Virus record (IMG/VR): IMGVR_UViG_3300050821_018098
Direction: 5' to 3' (one strand)
From: a virus
Lineage: Duplodnaviria > Heunggongvirae > Uroviricota > Caudoviricetes
DNA: 64,000 nucleotides
Under the pieces are notes generated by a model, which had not been told where the DNA came from, searched no databases, and was given only the letters and a program-made list of their open reading frames with translations. Positions 39,733 to 50,444 of this stretch are shown here, in pieces. Both the position numbers and the translations under genes were made by a program. Numbering within the stretch: the first letter of the stretch is position 1; every line of letters begins with the position of its first letter.

Positions 39733-40131
39733 CTATGAATAAAGAGGTGAGATATCACAAAAATAAACTAAAATACTTTTGTCACCTCTTTTTTTAGCCA
39801 TGGATATACGATGTTTACCATCAATTACTTCATATGGATCATTTGATTTCGGATCATAGTTAACAACAGGAGGAAATTTAGAAATATTTTTATAATCAAT
39901 ATCTACATCTAATTCAAAAGTAAAATAATCAACAGGTACTTCAACTAAATGGTAATATAAACTCCATGGTATCAAATTAGAAACATCTTCGTGAGATAAT
40001 TTACCTAAACCATCTCTACCATATCTAGTTAAAAGCAATCGTAAATCATCGCCTTTTATTTCTTTAGGAAGATTTTTAAAAGATATTCTTTTACTTATGA
40101 AACTTTCAAAATTTTTAACATATTTTCCCAT
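39733..40131 (-). CDS. ParB/Srx-like domain protein with capsid-targeting-like N-terminus
   Basis: MGKYVKNFESF start; PPVV..YEVIDGKHRISMAK. Confidence 0.7.
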   Translation of the reverse strand: MGKYVKNFESFISKRISFKNLPKEIKGDDLRLLLTRYGRDGLGKLSHEDVSNLIPWSLYYHLVEVPVDYFTFELDVDIDYKNISKFPPVVNYDPKSNDPYEVIDGKHRISMAKKRGDKSILVYFCDISPLYS

Positions 40132-40137
40132 AAAAAA

Positions 40138-41538
40138 CTATTTTTTATCTTTTCCACCTTTCTTCTCAGTAGAATTAAAATTAACATTAAAGAAATTATT
40201 TGGTGTCATCATTTTAGTAGTACTACTAACTCTTCCATACTTGCCAACTTTACCGGATCTAAATATACCACCATCCATTTGGCCATCCATAAAACCACCT
40301 ACAAAATAACTATTTACAATATATGAATATTGATCAACAGAAGAATCTAAAAGTTTTGAATCAAGTATAGTACTATTTTTTATAGAACTAGAATTAATTA
40401 TACTATCTTTTATATCACAACCAATCAGACTACAATTTTCAAAATCACCTTGTTTAACATTACATCTAATCATATCTATATTAGATACCTGATTTATACA
40501 TCTGAATTCAGCATCTACTAATTCTACTTTCTTTGTTTCTGTATCAAGATTAATAATAGCATTTTTTATGCCTTGTGTTTTTGAAAATAAATCAAATAGT
40601 ATATCTTTAATTTGATCATAATAAGCAGAAACTAATTCGTAAGCAGCATTTTGATCTATCTGAAGACTTATACCAGGATGTTGGGAAACAAAATTTTCAA
40701 ATTTGTCATATGATTTATAATGCCTAATATTATCATCAAGATAAGCTCTTAGTACACGCAAGTCTTTATTATCAAGCGTTATATTTAAAGAGTTAAAAGA
40801 TAACGTTGTAAAATAGTCCATTATAGCTATAATACCATTAAGTTTCTTTTGATAATCTTTACCACCCATATAACGAAACTCCATTCTTCCTTCTGGTATT
40901 AAACCAAAGTTAACACCGAAATATTTTGTATTAGGGAGATTTAATGAACTCTGTAGAATTTTCGCACTAGCCTCAGAATAATCATAACCTTTAAAAGGTA
41001 TAACTTTCTTAATAGATTTAGCATAAATATTATTTCTTCTTTCTGGGAAATGTTGATAAACAACATCCTCATCAATATTAAGAATCATTTTAAGTACATT
41101 AATATTATTAAGAGATATTGCTGGATTATTTTCATCAAAAAAGGAAAGACTAAATTGTATAGCAGATCTTTCGTTAGTATAACCTATTTCATCAATAATT
41201 TTCAGACATTTAGCAAGTATAAGTTTTGCATTAACATATTCGAATGGTCCTGTAACAAGTTCAGCCATATCGGATCCACCAGAATAGTCTGGTTCTATTT
41301 TAAAATTATTTTGATCTGGTACAAAATCACTATGGTATTGTTTGAATAAGTGTACTTGAATAGGTTTTAACCTTTCATTAAAAATTTCCATAGTTTTTGC
41401 TAAAGGAAGCTTACTATAAAATTCAAATTCAAAACCTATAACAGCTTTTTTTAAGTTACCAAAATTATTTAAATATGACTGACTGAAATTTTCCATTGTT
41501 GTATATATCAGAAATATACAGTTATTTAATAGCTTCAA
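40138..41538 (-). CDS. putative amidoligase (glutamate-cysteine ligase-like) with C-terminal beta-helix-like repeats
   Basis: IGFEFEF, IEPDYSG..ELVTGP, KYFGVNF, MEFRYMGG. Confidence 0.65.
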   Translation of the reverse strand: MKLLNNCIFLIYTTMENFSQSYLNNFGNLKKAVIGFEFEFYSKLPLAKTMEIFNERLKPIQVHLFKQYHSDFVPDQNNFKIEPDYSGGSDMAELVTGPFEYVNAKLILAKCLKIIDEIGYTNERSAIQFSLSFFDENNPAISLNNINVLKMILNIDEDVVYQHFPERRNNIYAKSIKKVIPFKGYDYSEASAKILQSSLNLPNTKYFGVNFGLIPEGRMEFRYMGGKDYQKKLNGIIAIMDYFTTLSFNSLNITLDNKDLRVLRAYLDDNIRHYKSYDKFENFVSQHPGISLQIDQNAAYELVSAYYDQIKDILFDLFSKTQGIKNAIINLDTETKKVELVDAEFRCINQVSNIDMIRCNVKQGDFENCSLIGCDIKDSIINSSSIKNSTILDSKLLDSSVDQYSYIVNSYFVGGFMDGQMDGGIFRSGKVGKYGRVSSTTKMMTPNNFFNVNFNSTEKKGGKDKK

Positions 41539-41926
41539 GATATTGTTTTACTTGTTCTATTTCCAATACTTGTTTCGTTGTGTAGTCGAAAACCCATAAT
41601 ATTTTTTTAAATTGGATAGCTTTTCTTAAGGAGTCGGCTGTTCCTCGTGATTTACAATTCCACATAGCAAGTACTTTATCTGAATTCTTAACAATATCTG
41701 TATTTCGAATAAATCCAGCAGCTTTTCCGTTTGTATCCCAATCAGGTAAATAGATTGTTTTATGCACATCATTTTCAAAAGCCCACTTCTCAGAAAGTTT
41801 ATCAGCACCTTTGGCTCCACCGGATATTATAAAAGTTATTGTTTCTTTTTTGTGAATATAATTTAATATCTTTTTTAGATAAGGATAATCATTAAATTCT
41901 CTTCCACCAATTACAGCAAGCTTCAT
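41522..41926 (-). CDS. SLOG / DUF2493 (YspA-like) protein
   Basis: KLAVIGGREFNDY, ISGGAKGAD, AGFIRN, SRGT. Confidence 0.8.
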   Translation of the reverse strand: MKLAVIGGREFNDYPYLKKILNYIHKKETITFIISGGAKGADKLSEKWAFENDVHKTIYLPDWDTNGKAAGFIRNTDIVKNSDKVLAMWNCKSRGTADSLRKAIQFKKILWVFDYTTKQVLEIEQVKQYLEAIK

Positions 41927-42281
41927 ATAAATTATTCTTCAAGAACAACACTATCTAAACCTATACCAGCATAAAATAAAAGAAAAAGACTGACAGGTTT
42001 CAACATTTTAACCAGACACATATCTTTCTTTTTATTCAATTTAATAACATTAGCAACATGTTCTTTATTGGAATTATATAAAGGCATACCACTCTTAATG
42101 AGTATATCACCAAAATCAGAATTTTTTCTCCAATAACGATTAACCATTTGGTATGGGCCTATAGCATTAATTAGCTCCTCATCGTTATATTTTTTTCTGT
42201 TGTTATCACCAAGAAATTCGTTTATCATTACAAATACATTTTAATACAATCTACAAATTATATAAGATATTTTATAATAGT

Positions 42282-42815
42282 TTAAAATCTACTGCGAGCA
42301 ATCAACATACGTCTAAAAAATAAACCTACATCAATTTCGATAAGGTTTGATGAATAACAACCATTATCACCATTTGTTATTGTGCATGTAATTTTTACTA
42401 CACCAGATTCTCCAAAAAACACATCTATATTCTTTCCTGAACTCGATGAGGTAATCGTAGCTGGTCCTGTGATAGACCATTGATAGTTATATAAACCTGA
42501 AGGATCAAATGTTGCTGGTATACTATAATTTTTAGTTGAATTTTCCTTTACTCTAAGTGTTCCAAGAATACTAGTCGTTGCAGGTTTCTGATAAATAGCT
42601 ATACCAATATCCCATAAGGATGAGTAACCAGCTGTAGATTCGTCCATTATTGTACTATAATGTGTTTCTTTTGGTTGATCATAATGCCAATCATCGGGTT
42701 GTACAATAATTTGACTTACTGATAATAAAACATCATTAGTGACAACAGCTGGATCATAATAAATCAGATATCTTCTTTGTCCTCCTACAGTAGTTACAAG
42801 ATTAGTATTAGCCAT
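42282..42815 (-). CDS. virion protein with Ig/PKD-like domain
   Basis: YQWSITG..ITS..GKNIDVFF..GVVKITCTIT. Confidence 0.5.
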   Translation of the reverse strand: MANTNLVTTVGGQRRYLIYYDPAVVTNDVLLSVSQIIVQPDDWHYDQPKETHYSTIMDESTAGYSSLWDIGIAIYQKPATTSILGTLRVKENSTKNYSIPATFDPSGLYNYQWSITGPATITSSSSGKNIDVFFGESGVVKITCTITNGDNGCYSSNLIEIDVGLFFRRMLIARSRF

Positions 42816-42841
42816 ACTTTATGTATTAAAAAGTTAACATT

Positions 42842-43489
42842 CTATTTTATTATATGCCAATCAAATTTAACAGTTCCTGTTAATCCACTCAAATATACAA
42901 CATCAAAAGTTGTTGTAGTTTTTGTACTATCATCAATATAATAGTTTGCTGCCGATAAAAGATTTGCTGGTGTGGCAACAGCACTATATGTAGTGTTAGA
43001 CATTGTTACTCCTATTGGAACAGTGAACCTAGTTGCTGATGTACCACTTGTCGAGTATATCCCACCTATACTAACAACAGCATCAACATAACTTTTACTT
43101 ACAAATTCATTTGGATTATCAAATGATGTTAGGTTAGTAATTACTTTTGAATTAATATATTGAGGTAAAACCGTATTTTTATTAAGATAAGTAGCTTCTG
43201 TAAAATTCTGAAGAGTATTAGGTGCTATTGTTTTATTATTTACTGAACCAGCAGAAATTTCTTGAACTGTAGCAAACATTACTATACCAGCACCAGATGT
43301 AGAGGCTACATATTTATCGGTTAAAACTTTTCTAACTGTTGTACTATCAAGATATTTTATACTACCATCTAAAAGATCATAACCTATTTGACTTTCAACA
43401 GCAAATCCAGAAGTACCTGATAAGTTATGCAATAAAGCATTTTGAAGCTGAGCCTTATTTTGTAAATTAAGATGACTTTGAAATTCCAT
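42842..43489 (-). CDS. tail fibre-associated protein
   Basis: Ser/Thr/Gly-rich; YSAVATP..FDV..FDWHII C-terminus typical of fibre tips. Confidence 0.5.
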   Translation of the reverse strand: MEFQSHLNLQNKAQLQNALLHNLSGTSGFAVESQIGYDLLDGSIKYLDSTTVRKVLTDKYVASTSGAGIVMFATVQEISAGSVNNKTIAPNTLQNFTEATYLNKNTVLPQYINSKVITNLTSFDNPNEFVSKSYVDAVVSIGGIYSTSGTSATRFTVPIGVTMSNTTYSAVATPANLLSAANYYIDDSTKTTTTFDVVYLSGLTGTVKFDWHIIK

Positions 43490-43587
43490 TAAGATATTAA
43501 TTATTTTTCTTTCTCTGAAGTATATATTGAAAAAGTATCTTAATAATCTTTTTTCAATAGAAAGAGAAACTTTAATGATTATATCCT

Positions 43588-45978
43588 TTAATTTACTTCC
43601 ATTATAAAATATATGAAAGTAGAGGTATCTAAAGTCTGAGTAGTAACTCCATCATCAAGAGTAGAAGTAACTGTAAATCCTACACCAGAATTAATTGAAT
43701 AAGTCAGATGCCCTAATGTTCCAGATGGATTTCGTAACTGTAAAAATATAGAATTAATAGTAGAAATAAGTGCTGTATTCGAAATAGTTACAGTACCAGC
43801 TACCAATGTTGATACACCGGCCATTTGATTTGCACCAGGCGTAAATGCAATAGTTTTAGCAAGACCCAAAGAAACAGATTTGCTGAAATTTAAATAATTA
43901 ATTCCATGGAAATTTAGTGCTATTTGCCCATCCATATCCAATAAATATCGGTTTTGCCAATCGATGGAATTTGTATCTGTATTATCAACTAAAAATCTGT
44001 TTTGATAATCAATAGAAATATTTACTGATGCATCTATTAAATCTCTATGTGTTGTATTATACCTGAATGCTATACTACCAGCATCATCATATAATTCTCT
44101 AGCTGCCCATCCGATAGAATTAACACTTGATGTATCTAACAAGAACCTCTCATAAAACTTTGCCGATATACCAGTAACTCCGTATACAAAAAAATTATTT
44201 GAATCAAGAAATAAACTACCACCAGCTGAATAAAATTCGCCAGTTGCCCAATCCAAACAAATATTCGATCCATTATAATATAATCTATGAGCATTCCAGT
44301 CTATTGATACTAAATTATTAGTGTCATAAATCCAATGTGTAGTAAAATCAAAAGCTAAATTTCCATTAGAATAATTTATAACATGATTTTGCCAATCATA
44401 AATAATATTACTTGATGAATTAATTAATTCTCTAGTAGTCCAATTTACAGATTCAACTCCAGTATTATCATTCAACTTATATAAGTTCCACTCTATTGGA
44501 TAATGTACACCAGCACTATCAACCAATCTTCTATTCAACCAATCAAGAGAATGGTTATTTGAATTATCCAATAATAGTCCTAAATTCCATGCTACTGATA
44601 CTTCATTAGATGTTGTATATAAGTATCTATTCAACCAATCAATGGAACCTATATTAGAGTTATCATAAATTTTATAAGTATTAAAATCAAAGGCAAGATT
44701 ACCGTTTGAATAATATTGTTTTCTATTTTCCCAATCTATAAATGCATTTCCACTGGTATCATAAAGTTTTGAATTTTCCCAGTCAATAGAAGTTGAGCCA
44801 GTTGTGTATAATAATTTTTTGTTATTACCCCAAATAGAACCATTCCAGTATACACCATCACCAATTTGTAAATTTGTAAAACTAACATCGGCTAAATCTT
44901 CAAAATAGGGAGCCGAAGATCCTGCTGTTCCAGAATTAGTAATATTACCTCTACCAACAATACTTAAAATACCATCAACAGATGTTATTGTATTAACAGT
45001 AATAGTTTTTGCTATATGTTGTATATCAATATCAGCATTTATTAAAGTATAATCGTTACCAGTTTTTCTATAAAACTGAACTGATCCTATTTCACTAAAA
45101 CCTAAAGCTTCATAATTTATAGTTCCTGGTGCAGTCAAACTTACGACCATTGTACCAGCAGTATTAGTGCTATTTGCACCACCACTACCAGATGATATTT
45201 GAAAAACATCATCAAACTTATCGTAAATTAAAATGTAATTAAGGCTTGTATCTATATCACCTGGATCTAATGGCAACATAGCACTACCATTTATCTTCAT
45301 GACTTGTTTTGAACCAAGACCATTTATGTTTATATAAAGTGGTCCTGTATTTTGAAGTACAGGTCTAAAAATATAAATAGCATTCGATGTATAACTTGTA
45401 ATAGAGGCATTAAAATTATAACTATTAGCAGTACCAGAGGTACCTGATATTTCATCACTTGATAAATATAAAACAGAATTTCCTTTAGCTCCGATATATT
45501 TATAAAAAGAAATTTTAGGTGGCATATTTGCTGGTGGTAAATTATCACCAGAAGGAACACCATTTGTAATTGTTCCATAAAAAGTTAAAACACCAGCATC
45601 TCTATCAACTACCCAATCTTGTAAAGAATAAGGAATTATGTTACCATTATTATCTTTTAATTGAATATTATAAGATATACCATCACCATAATTAGGAGAT
45701 ATGCAATTTTTTAATTCTGAATGGTAAAAACTATTAATTGTTCCAGGAACAACATTTAAAATCAAATCATTAAACTTTTGAACAACACCAATAGACTGTC
45801 CACTTGTACTACTAGGAGCAGTATTAGGTATAAGATATTGTTCTAACCATATTTGTTGTGGATCTATTGATAATGGTGATGTAAATGGTTCATTAAATGT
45901 AAACCTATTAGAATTTGTAGCACTTAATTCTAATAATTTCTTGTATGAGCTGTCAGATTTTTGTCCTGTAGTTGGCAT
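43588..45978 (-). CDS. tail fibre-like protein with about 16-aa SIDWxNRxLxD repeats
   Basis: More than a dozen imperfect copies of (S/A)(I/L)DWxNRxLxDxxG in the C-terminal half. Confidence 0.65.
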   Translation of the reverse strand: MPTTGQKSDSSYKKLLELSATNSNRFTFNEPFTSPLSIDPQQIWLEQYLIPNTAPSSTSGQSIGVVQKFNDLILNVVPGTINSFYHSELKNCISPNYGDGISYNIQLKDNNGNIIPYSLQDWVVDRDAGVLTFYGTITNGVPSGDNLPPANMPPKISFYKYIGAKGNSVLYLSSDEISGTSGTANSYNFNASITSYTSNAIYIFRPVLQNTGPLYININGLGSKQVMKINGSAMLPLDPGDIDTSLNYILIYDKFDDVFQISSGSGGANSTNTAGTMVVSLTAPGTINYEALGFSEIGSVQFYRKTGNDYTLINADIDIQHIAKTITVNTITSVDGILSIVGRGNITNSGTAGSSAPYFEDLADVSFTNLQIGDGVYWNGSIWGNNKKLLYTTGSTSIDWENSKLYDTSGNAFIDWENRKQYYSNGNLAFDFNTYKIYDNSNIGSIDWLNRYLYTTSNEVSVAWNLGLLLDNSNNHSLDWLNRRLVDSAGVHYPIEWNLYKLNDNTGVESVNWTTRELINSSSNIIYDWQNHVINYSNGNLAFDFTTHWIYDTNNLVSIDWNAHRLYYNGSNICLDWATGEFYSAGGSLFLDSNNFFVYGVTGISAKFYERFLLDTSSVNSIGWAARELYDDAGSIAFRYNTTHRDLIDASVNISIDYQNRFLVDNTDTNSIDWQNRYLLDMDGQIALNFHGINYLNFSKSVSLGLAKTIAFTPGANQMAGVSTLVAGTVTISNTALISTINSIFLQLRNPSGTLGHLTYSINSGVGFTVTSTLDDGVTTQTLDTSTFIYFIMEVN

Positions 45979-46346
45979 TTAATATTATCTTTTTCTTCAA
46001 GTATATATTAAATGTCATATCAAAGATTTCATAAAAAATAGATTTTATAAACCTATAAAAGTTTTATATATACTTAAAATAAAGACATATTATGAATACA
46101 AATGAAAACGTTGAATACGGGGAAAAAGAAATTAAATTAGTAGAAGAAAATGTAAATGAAATACTAAATATATCTAAAGATTCTCCAATGGTTAATTCTA
46201 AAGTGAAAATTAATAAAATTGATAAATTTTCTAAAGAAGAAGCTTTGAAAGAAGGTTTAGTTTAATTTGTTACAACTATAAAGCAACAAAAAATTAAATA
46301 GTAATTCGGAATTATCACTTACAATACTTGATAATTCCGAATTACT

Positions 46347-48209
46347 TTATACAGCTGATAAAGTTACACTAGTAAATTTCAAATATCCAGCACCCTTAGT
46401 CGTATCAAAAAAACCAATCCTCACATAACAAGTACCAGTTTTTACAGTAGAACCAAAAGTTACTACTTTGGAAGTTACTGTTGATGCTGCTATAGCTAAT
46501 GCTGGATCATTATTATTGTTTGGATTACCACTTCCTGGATAAGCTGTATTACCATCTATCCATCCATTTGAAGGTATGGAACCATCTACTCTAACATGTA
46601 AAGAGAATTTAGTAGGATCTAATGTAATACCATCCATATTTACTATAGAAGCTAAGTTACTACCTAAAAAATTAACTGTTACATTTTGAATTGATGATAC
46701 ATTTAATTGAAATGTTACATATCTCCATCCTGTAAAAGTAGAATAGTTTGGTCCGGCTATAGGATAATTTGTTGTATAAGTAAAATCCGGATATCTATAT
46801 TCACCACCAAGCATTTGTAGTTCAGAATTAATATTTAATAATTGTGTTGAATCATATGCTATACCGTAACCTGATGTGGTTGCTGGATAAAGACCTGTTC
46901 CTGATGTTACCCTTGCAGATTCATTACTTATTGTATCTATTCTCATTGTTCTCCCAGCTTGTGTTGTTGCTATGGTGCCAGTATTAGAAGATGTCTGGCC
47001 AATTGAATTATAAGCACGACAAGTCATGATAATATTTTCAATATATTTGCCAGTTAGTACATTAACAGATAAATCTGCTGGATAAACCTGATTATATGTT
47101 TTTATACCAGAATCCGCCGATGTTGAAGAAGATGTCCAAGTAGAATCTGTTTCTGATATTGCTGCTGGGTAAAATGTTTTTATAGCATTGTTTACACTGA
47201 ATTGTGTTCTTACAAGATCTCCAGTAACTAGTGTTGGTACACCAGATATTTTTGTAGTACCTGGTGCTCCTGTACTTATAGCTATACTAGTAACAGTTGG
47301 AAGAGTTGGATCATCTATCCAAAATGTTAAACCTGAAGTACCAGTTATAGAATGAGTCATTAATACATTTTGTTCTTCGTCTGGATAAAATGTAAGAGCT
47401 GATAAAACCTGTACTTTCGAAAGGAAAGCATACCAGAATCCAGCTTTACCAGAAACACCGTAATGAAAATCAAAATCATCTGTTATATCTAAGGTTATAT
47501 TATTTCCAGAATCTGTTGCTGTATGACCAGCTTCACTGGCTGGTGTAAATGTTATAGATGGTGTAACAAAAGTTGATGGATTTGTTCCTTGTTTCTTTGT
47601 TATTTGTCCCGTTAATACTCCACTATTAGCATTATAAGCACCATTATTTGTAGAGGCTGGTGTTGCGGTATTAGGGTTAAATATAATTTGAGGTGTCTGG
47701 TTATTGGTAACCATATTCCTTACAGTACCAGTTTTTGTTTGTATGGCAGTATAATTAGTAGACAGTGTTAATACTTTTGTTGAAAGGTTACCTGGTTTTG
47801 GTGGTGCAAGTAATGATAATATTTGATCCAGAGTGGAAATGTTACCGTTATAATCAACATTATCTACAATAAAATTATTACTTAAATAATCTGTATTTTC
47901 TACATAAGAAGCTTGAGAAGTATTAATCCAGTTGGTACCATTATATACGAAATTATCACCTGGTTGTAAATCTGTAAATGCTATTCCTGGAATATTTGAA
48001 AATGAAGGAATATCTTCTGGAATACGAACATCTATTTGCCCAACATTTGTGTAAAAGGATAAAATAGTTTCACCTGATGTTCCATAATCAAAATGTAAAG
48101 CTGACACATCATAGATAATTGTATCTACTAAAACATTGTATTTATCCATAAACCCGGTTTTTACAAGGTTTAATGTATCCATTTTATATTGATTTAAAGC
48201 ACCTGACAT
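46347..48209 (-). CDS. Thr/Gly-rich virion structural protein
   Basis: 620 aa, beta-rich composition, in the minus-strand tail cluster. Confidence 0.55.
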   Translation of the reverse strand: MSGALNQYKMDTLNLVKTGFMDKYNVLVDTIIYDVSALHFDYGTSGETILSFYTNVGQIDVRIPEDIPSFSNIPGIAFTDLQPGDNFVYNGTNWINTSQASYVENTDYLSNNFIVDNVDYNGNISTLDQILSLLAPPKPGNLSTKVLTLSTNYTAIQTKTGTVRNMVTNNQTPQIIFNPNTATPASTNNGAYNANSGVLTGQITKKQGTNPSTFVTPSITFTPASEAGHTATDSGNNITLDITDDFDFHYGVSGKAGFWYAFLSKVQVLSALTFYPDEEQNVLMTHSITGTSGLTFWIDDPTLPTVTSIAISTGAPGTTKISGVPTLVTGDLVRTQFSVNNAIKTFYPAAISETDSTWTSSSTSADSGIKTYNQVYPADLSVNVLTGKYIENIIMTCRAYNSIGQTSSNTGTIATTQAGRTMRIDTISNESARVTSGTGLYPATTSGYGIAYDSTQLLNINSELQMLGGEYRYPDFTYTTNYPIAGPNYSTFTGWRYVTFQLNVSSIQNVTVNFLGSNLASIVNMDGITLDPTKFSLHVRVDGSIPSNGWIDGNTAYPGSGNPNNNNDPALAIAASTVTSKVVTFGSTVKTGTCYVRIGFFDTTKGAGYLKFTSVTLSAV

Positions 48210-48250
48210 ATCGTAACAAATTTTTTATATATCTGTATATATTGAAAAGG

Positions 48251-49366
48251 TTAATCAAAATCATCAAAAATAAAACCTTGAATTACTCTTAATGGTAATA
48301 GCATCTCTGATGCAGGTACATCTTTATAATCAACACTAGGATTTTTAATATCAGCGATGAATAAATCATAATTTATTTGTGAAACATCACCAACAAACTG
48401 CCATTGACCCGAACCATTTGTACCAGACCATGTGGAATTATCTATAATCAAAATTACATCACCAATACAGTATGATCCACTTACACCAGAGCATAAACCA
48501 ATAGTCGGATCATCAGGATGAACAAACTTTTTAACTAAATAATGAGCTGTAGGATTATTTCCAGCTAATCTTATTTCACTAAAAACATTTCCTCCGCCAA
48601 ACATTAAACTTGGTGCTGGAATAATCTTGGTTATATCATAATTATATACAACACCATTAAAACACCAGCAAACCTCAGTAATACTTTTATATGTTATCTT
48701 ACAAGCATTACTGATATAAAATTTTTGATATTGTGTATTATCACTAACATTTCTATTTAATAAAGCTAGTATTTGACTTGCTTCAGGTATTGATATATTA
48801 TTGTTAGCCCAATCCTGAAAGAATGTTGTTGGATAAACATTCATACCAACACTTATTTCTTCACTTACAAAATCTTTGTTAACATAAGCTATAGAAGGAC
48901 CACTTATCAAAGCAAAACCATTTAAAGATTCCCAATAAGTCAGAAGTAATAAAATTAATGCTGAATCATTTGTAAGTGTATTAAGACCACAATTATTCAT
49001 AAAAGCTATCAACCAATCATGTTTTGTCTGATCTACCCAATCATTTTCATGAACAGGCTCTATAATAAAAGTATCTGTACCTAACGTATAAGTAAGAGAT
49101 TCCCCGTTTGTTCCGTAGGTTGGTGTATTCGAATCCGGCCATGGAGCTAGTTTAGAAATATCACCAGGCACACAAATATTTCCTGAAGGAAGATATTTAC
49201 TAAAACCTCTGGTACCATATTCACCAGCATAAGGATAGTTTAAAGTAAACGGTATATAACTATTAGTAGTTAAACCAGAAGTTCCAGCTTCTGGACTTGT
49301 ATAATTAACAACACCATTAATAAGATAAATAGGATTTACTAACCCTCCACCGCTTGGTCCAGACAT
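48251..49366 (-). CDS. putative virion protein
   Basis: 371 aa, first gene of the 42-49 kb minus-strand cluster. Confidence 0.5.
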   Translation of the reverse strand: MSGPSGGGLVNPIYLINGVVNYTSPEAGTSGLTTNSYIPFTLNYPYAGEYGTRGFSKYLPSGNICVPGDISKLAPWPDSNTPTYGTNGESLTYTLGTDTFIIEPVHENDWVDQTKHDWLIAFMNNCGLNTLTNDSALILLLLTYWESLNGFALISGPSIAYVNKDFVSEEISVGMNVYPTTFFQDWANNNISIPEASQILALLNRNVSDNTQYQKFYISNACKITYKSITEVCWCFNGVVYNYDITKIIPAPSLMFGGGNVFSEIRLAGNNPTAHYLVKKFVHPDDPTIGLCSGVSGSYCIGDVILIIDNSTWSGTNGSGQWQFVGDVSQINYDLFIADIKNPSVDYKDVPASEMLLPLRVIQGFIFDDFD

Positions 49367-49512
49367 TTAATATGCTATTTTTCAGTATATATTATATCAA
49401 TCCTTACTGTTATGAAGGATTTCATCCTATTAAAAATTCATACTATTGTTTTTAACAAAAACCTATACTATATTTGTAGTATTAGTAATAATTTCAATCT
49501 AAAATTAAAAAC

Positions 49513-50391
49513 ATGAAAATTAAATCAATATTATTAGCCTTATTATTAGGTATAACATTATTCTCTTGTGATGATAATAAAACAAGAAATAAACCATACA
49601 GTGTTTCTCAACTAGATGCTCTAATCCGTGATCTCGGTAAAGAAAAAACTTTCTCCATTATTCTCAATGATATGGATATGGATGATAATGGTGCATACAA
49701 ACATCAATACAAGATAATTTTACAAAGAAATAATTTACCAAAAGATTCTTTGACTGATTGGAAACCAGTAACACCTAAATTTTTTGAAGAACAAGAAAAA
49801 AATATGGGCATGGAAATAGCTTCCAAAGATTCCACTGGTAATGTATCTAAAAAAGCTTCACCAGCCGGTTATAACAATTATGTTGGTAATAAACAATATG
49901 GTAATTGGCAAACAGATAATACAGGAAACTCATATTGGGCTTTTTATGGTCAGTATATGTTCATGCAACAAATGTTTGGTTTAAACAGACCCATATACAG
50001 TACAGAATATCATACTTATACACATGATTATAGAAATACAAACAGGTCTTATTATGGTTCAGGTAGAACTAACTATGGTACATACGGTGATAATACAAAC
50101 TATTCTAAAAGTAATTACCGAACAAAAGTAGACAATATAAAGCGTAGTGATAGAAACAGATCTAATAATTCAAATAGTAGTTGGGGTTCAAATAGTAATA
50201 AACCATCTTCTAGTACAAATAAACCAAGTAGTTATAGTTATGATGATACAAGAAAAACTTCTACAAGTAATAGTTTAAGAAATAACTCAACGAGCAGACC
50301 AAGTTCATCTTCTAGATCTATTTTTAATTCTGGTTCCAGTAATAGAAGAAGTAGTGGATATAGTAGTAGCCGAAGTAGTCGTCGTAAATAA
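49513..50391 (+). CDS. lipoprotein with Ser/Arg/Asn-rich disordered tail
   Basis: Signal peptide with lipobox LFSC; Bacteroidota-type promoter at 49446-49476. Confidence 0.7.
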   Translation: MKIKSILLALLLGITLFSCDDNKTRNKPYSVSQLDALIRDLGKEKTFSIILNDMDMDDNGAYKHQYKIILQRNNLPKDSLTDWKPVTPKFFEEQEKNMGMEIASKDSTGNVSKKASPAGYNNYVGNKQYGNWQTDNTGNSYWAFYGQYMFMQQMFGLNRPIYSTEYHTYTHDYRNTNRSYYGSGRTNYGTYGDNTNYSKSNYRTKVDNIKRSDRNRSNNSNSSWGSNSNKPSSSTNKPSSYSYDDTRKTSTSNSLRNNSTSRPSSSSRSIFNSGSSNRRSSGYSSSRSSRRK

Positions 50392-50412
50392 TTTGTTCTA
50401 GTCTATGAAAAT

Positions 50413-50444
50413 AAAAAAAGCTCGAATTATTTCGAGCTTTTTTT
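50413..50444. terminator. bidirectional terminator
   Basis: AAAAAAAGCTCGAA-ttat-TTCGAGCTTTTTTT. Confidence 0.85.

Noticed and set aside
43588-45978. Diversity-generating retroelement target in the tail fibre
   Set aside because: No reverse transcriptase and no template/variable repeat pair differing at adenines was seen; the repeats are ordinary protein repeats.
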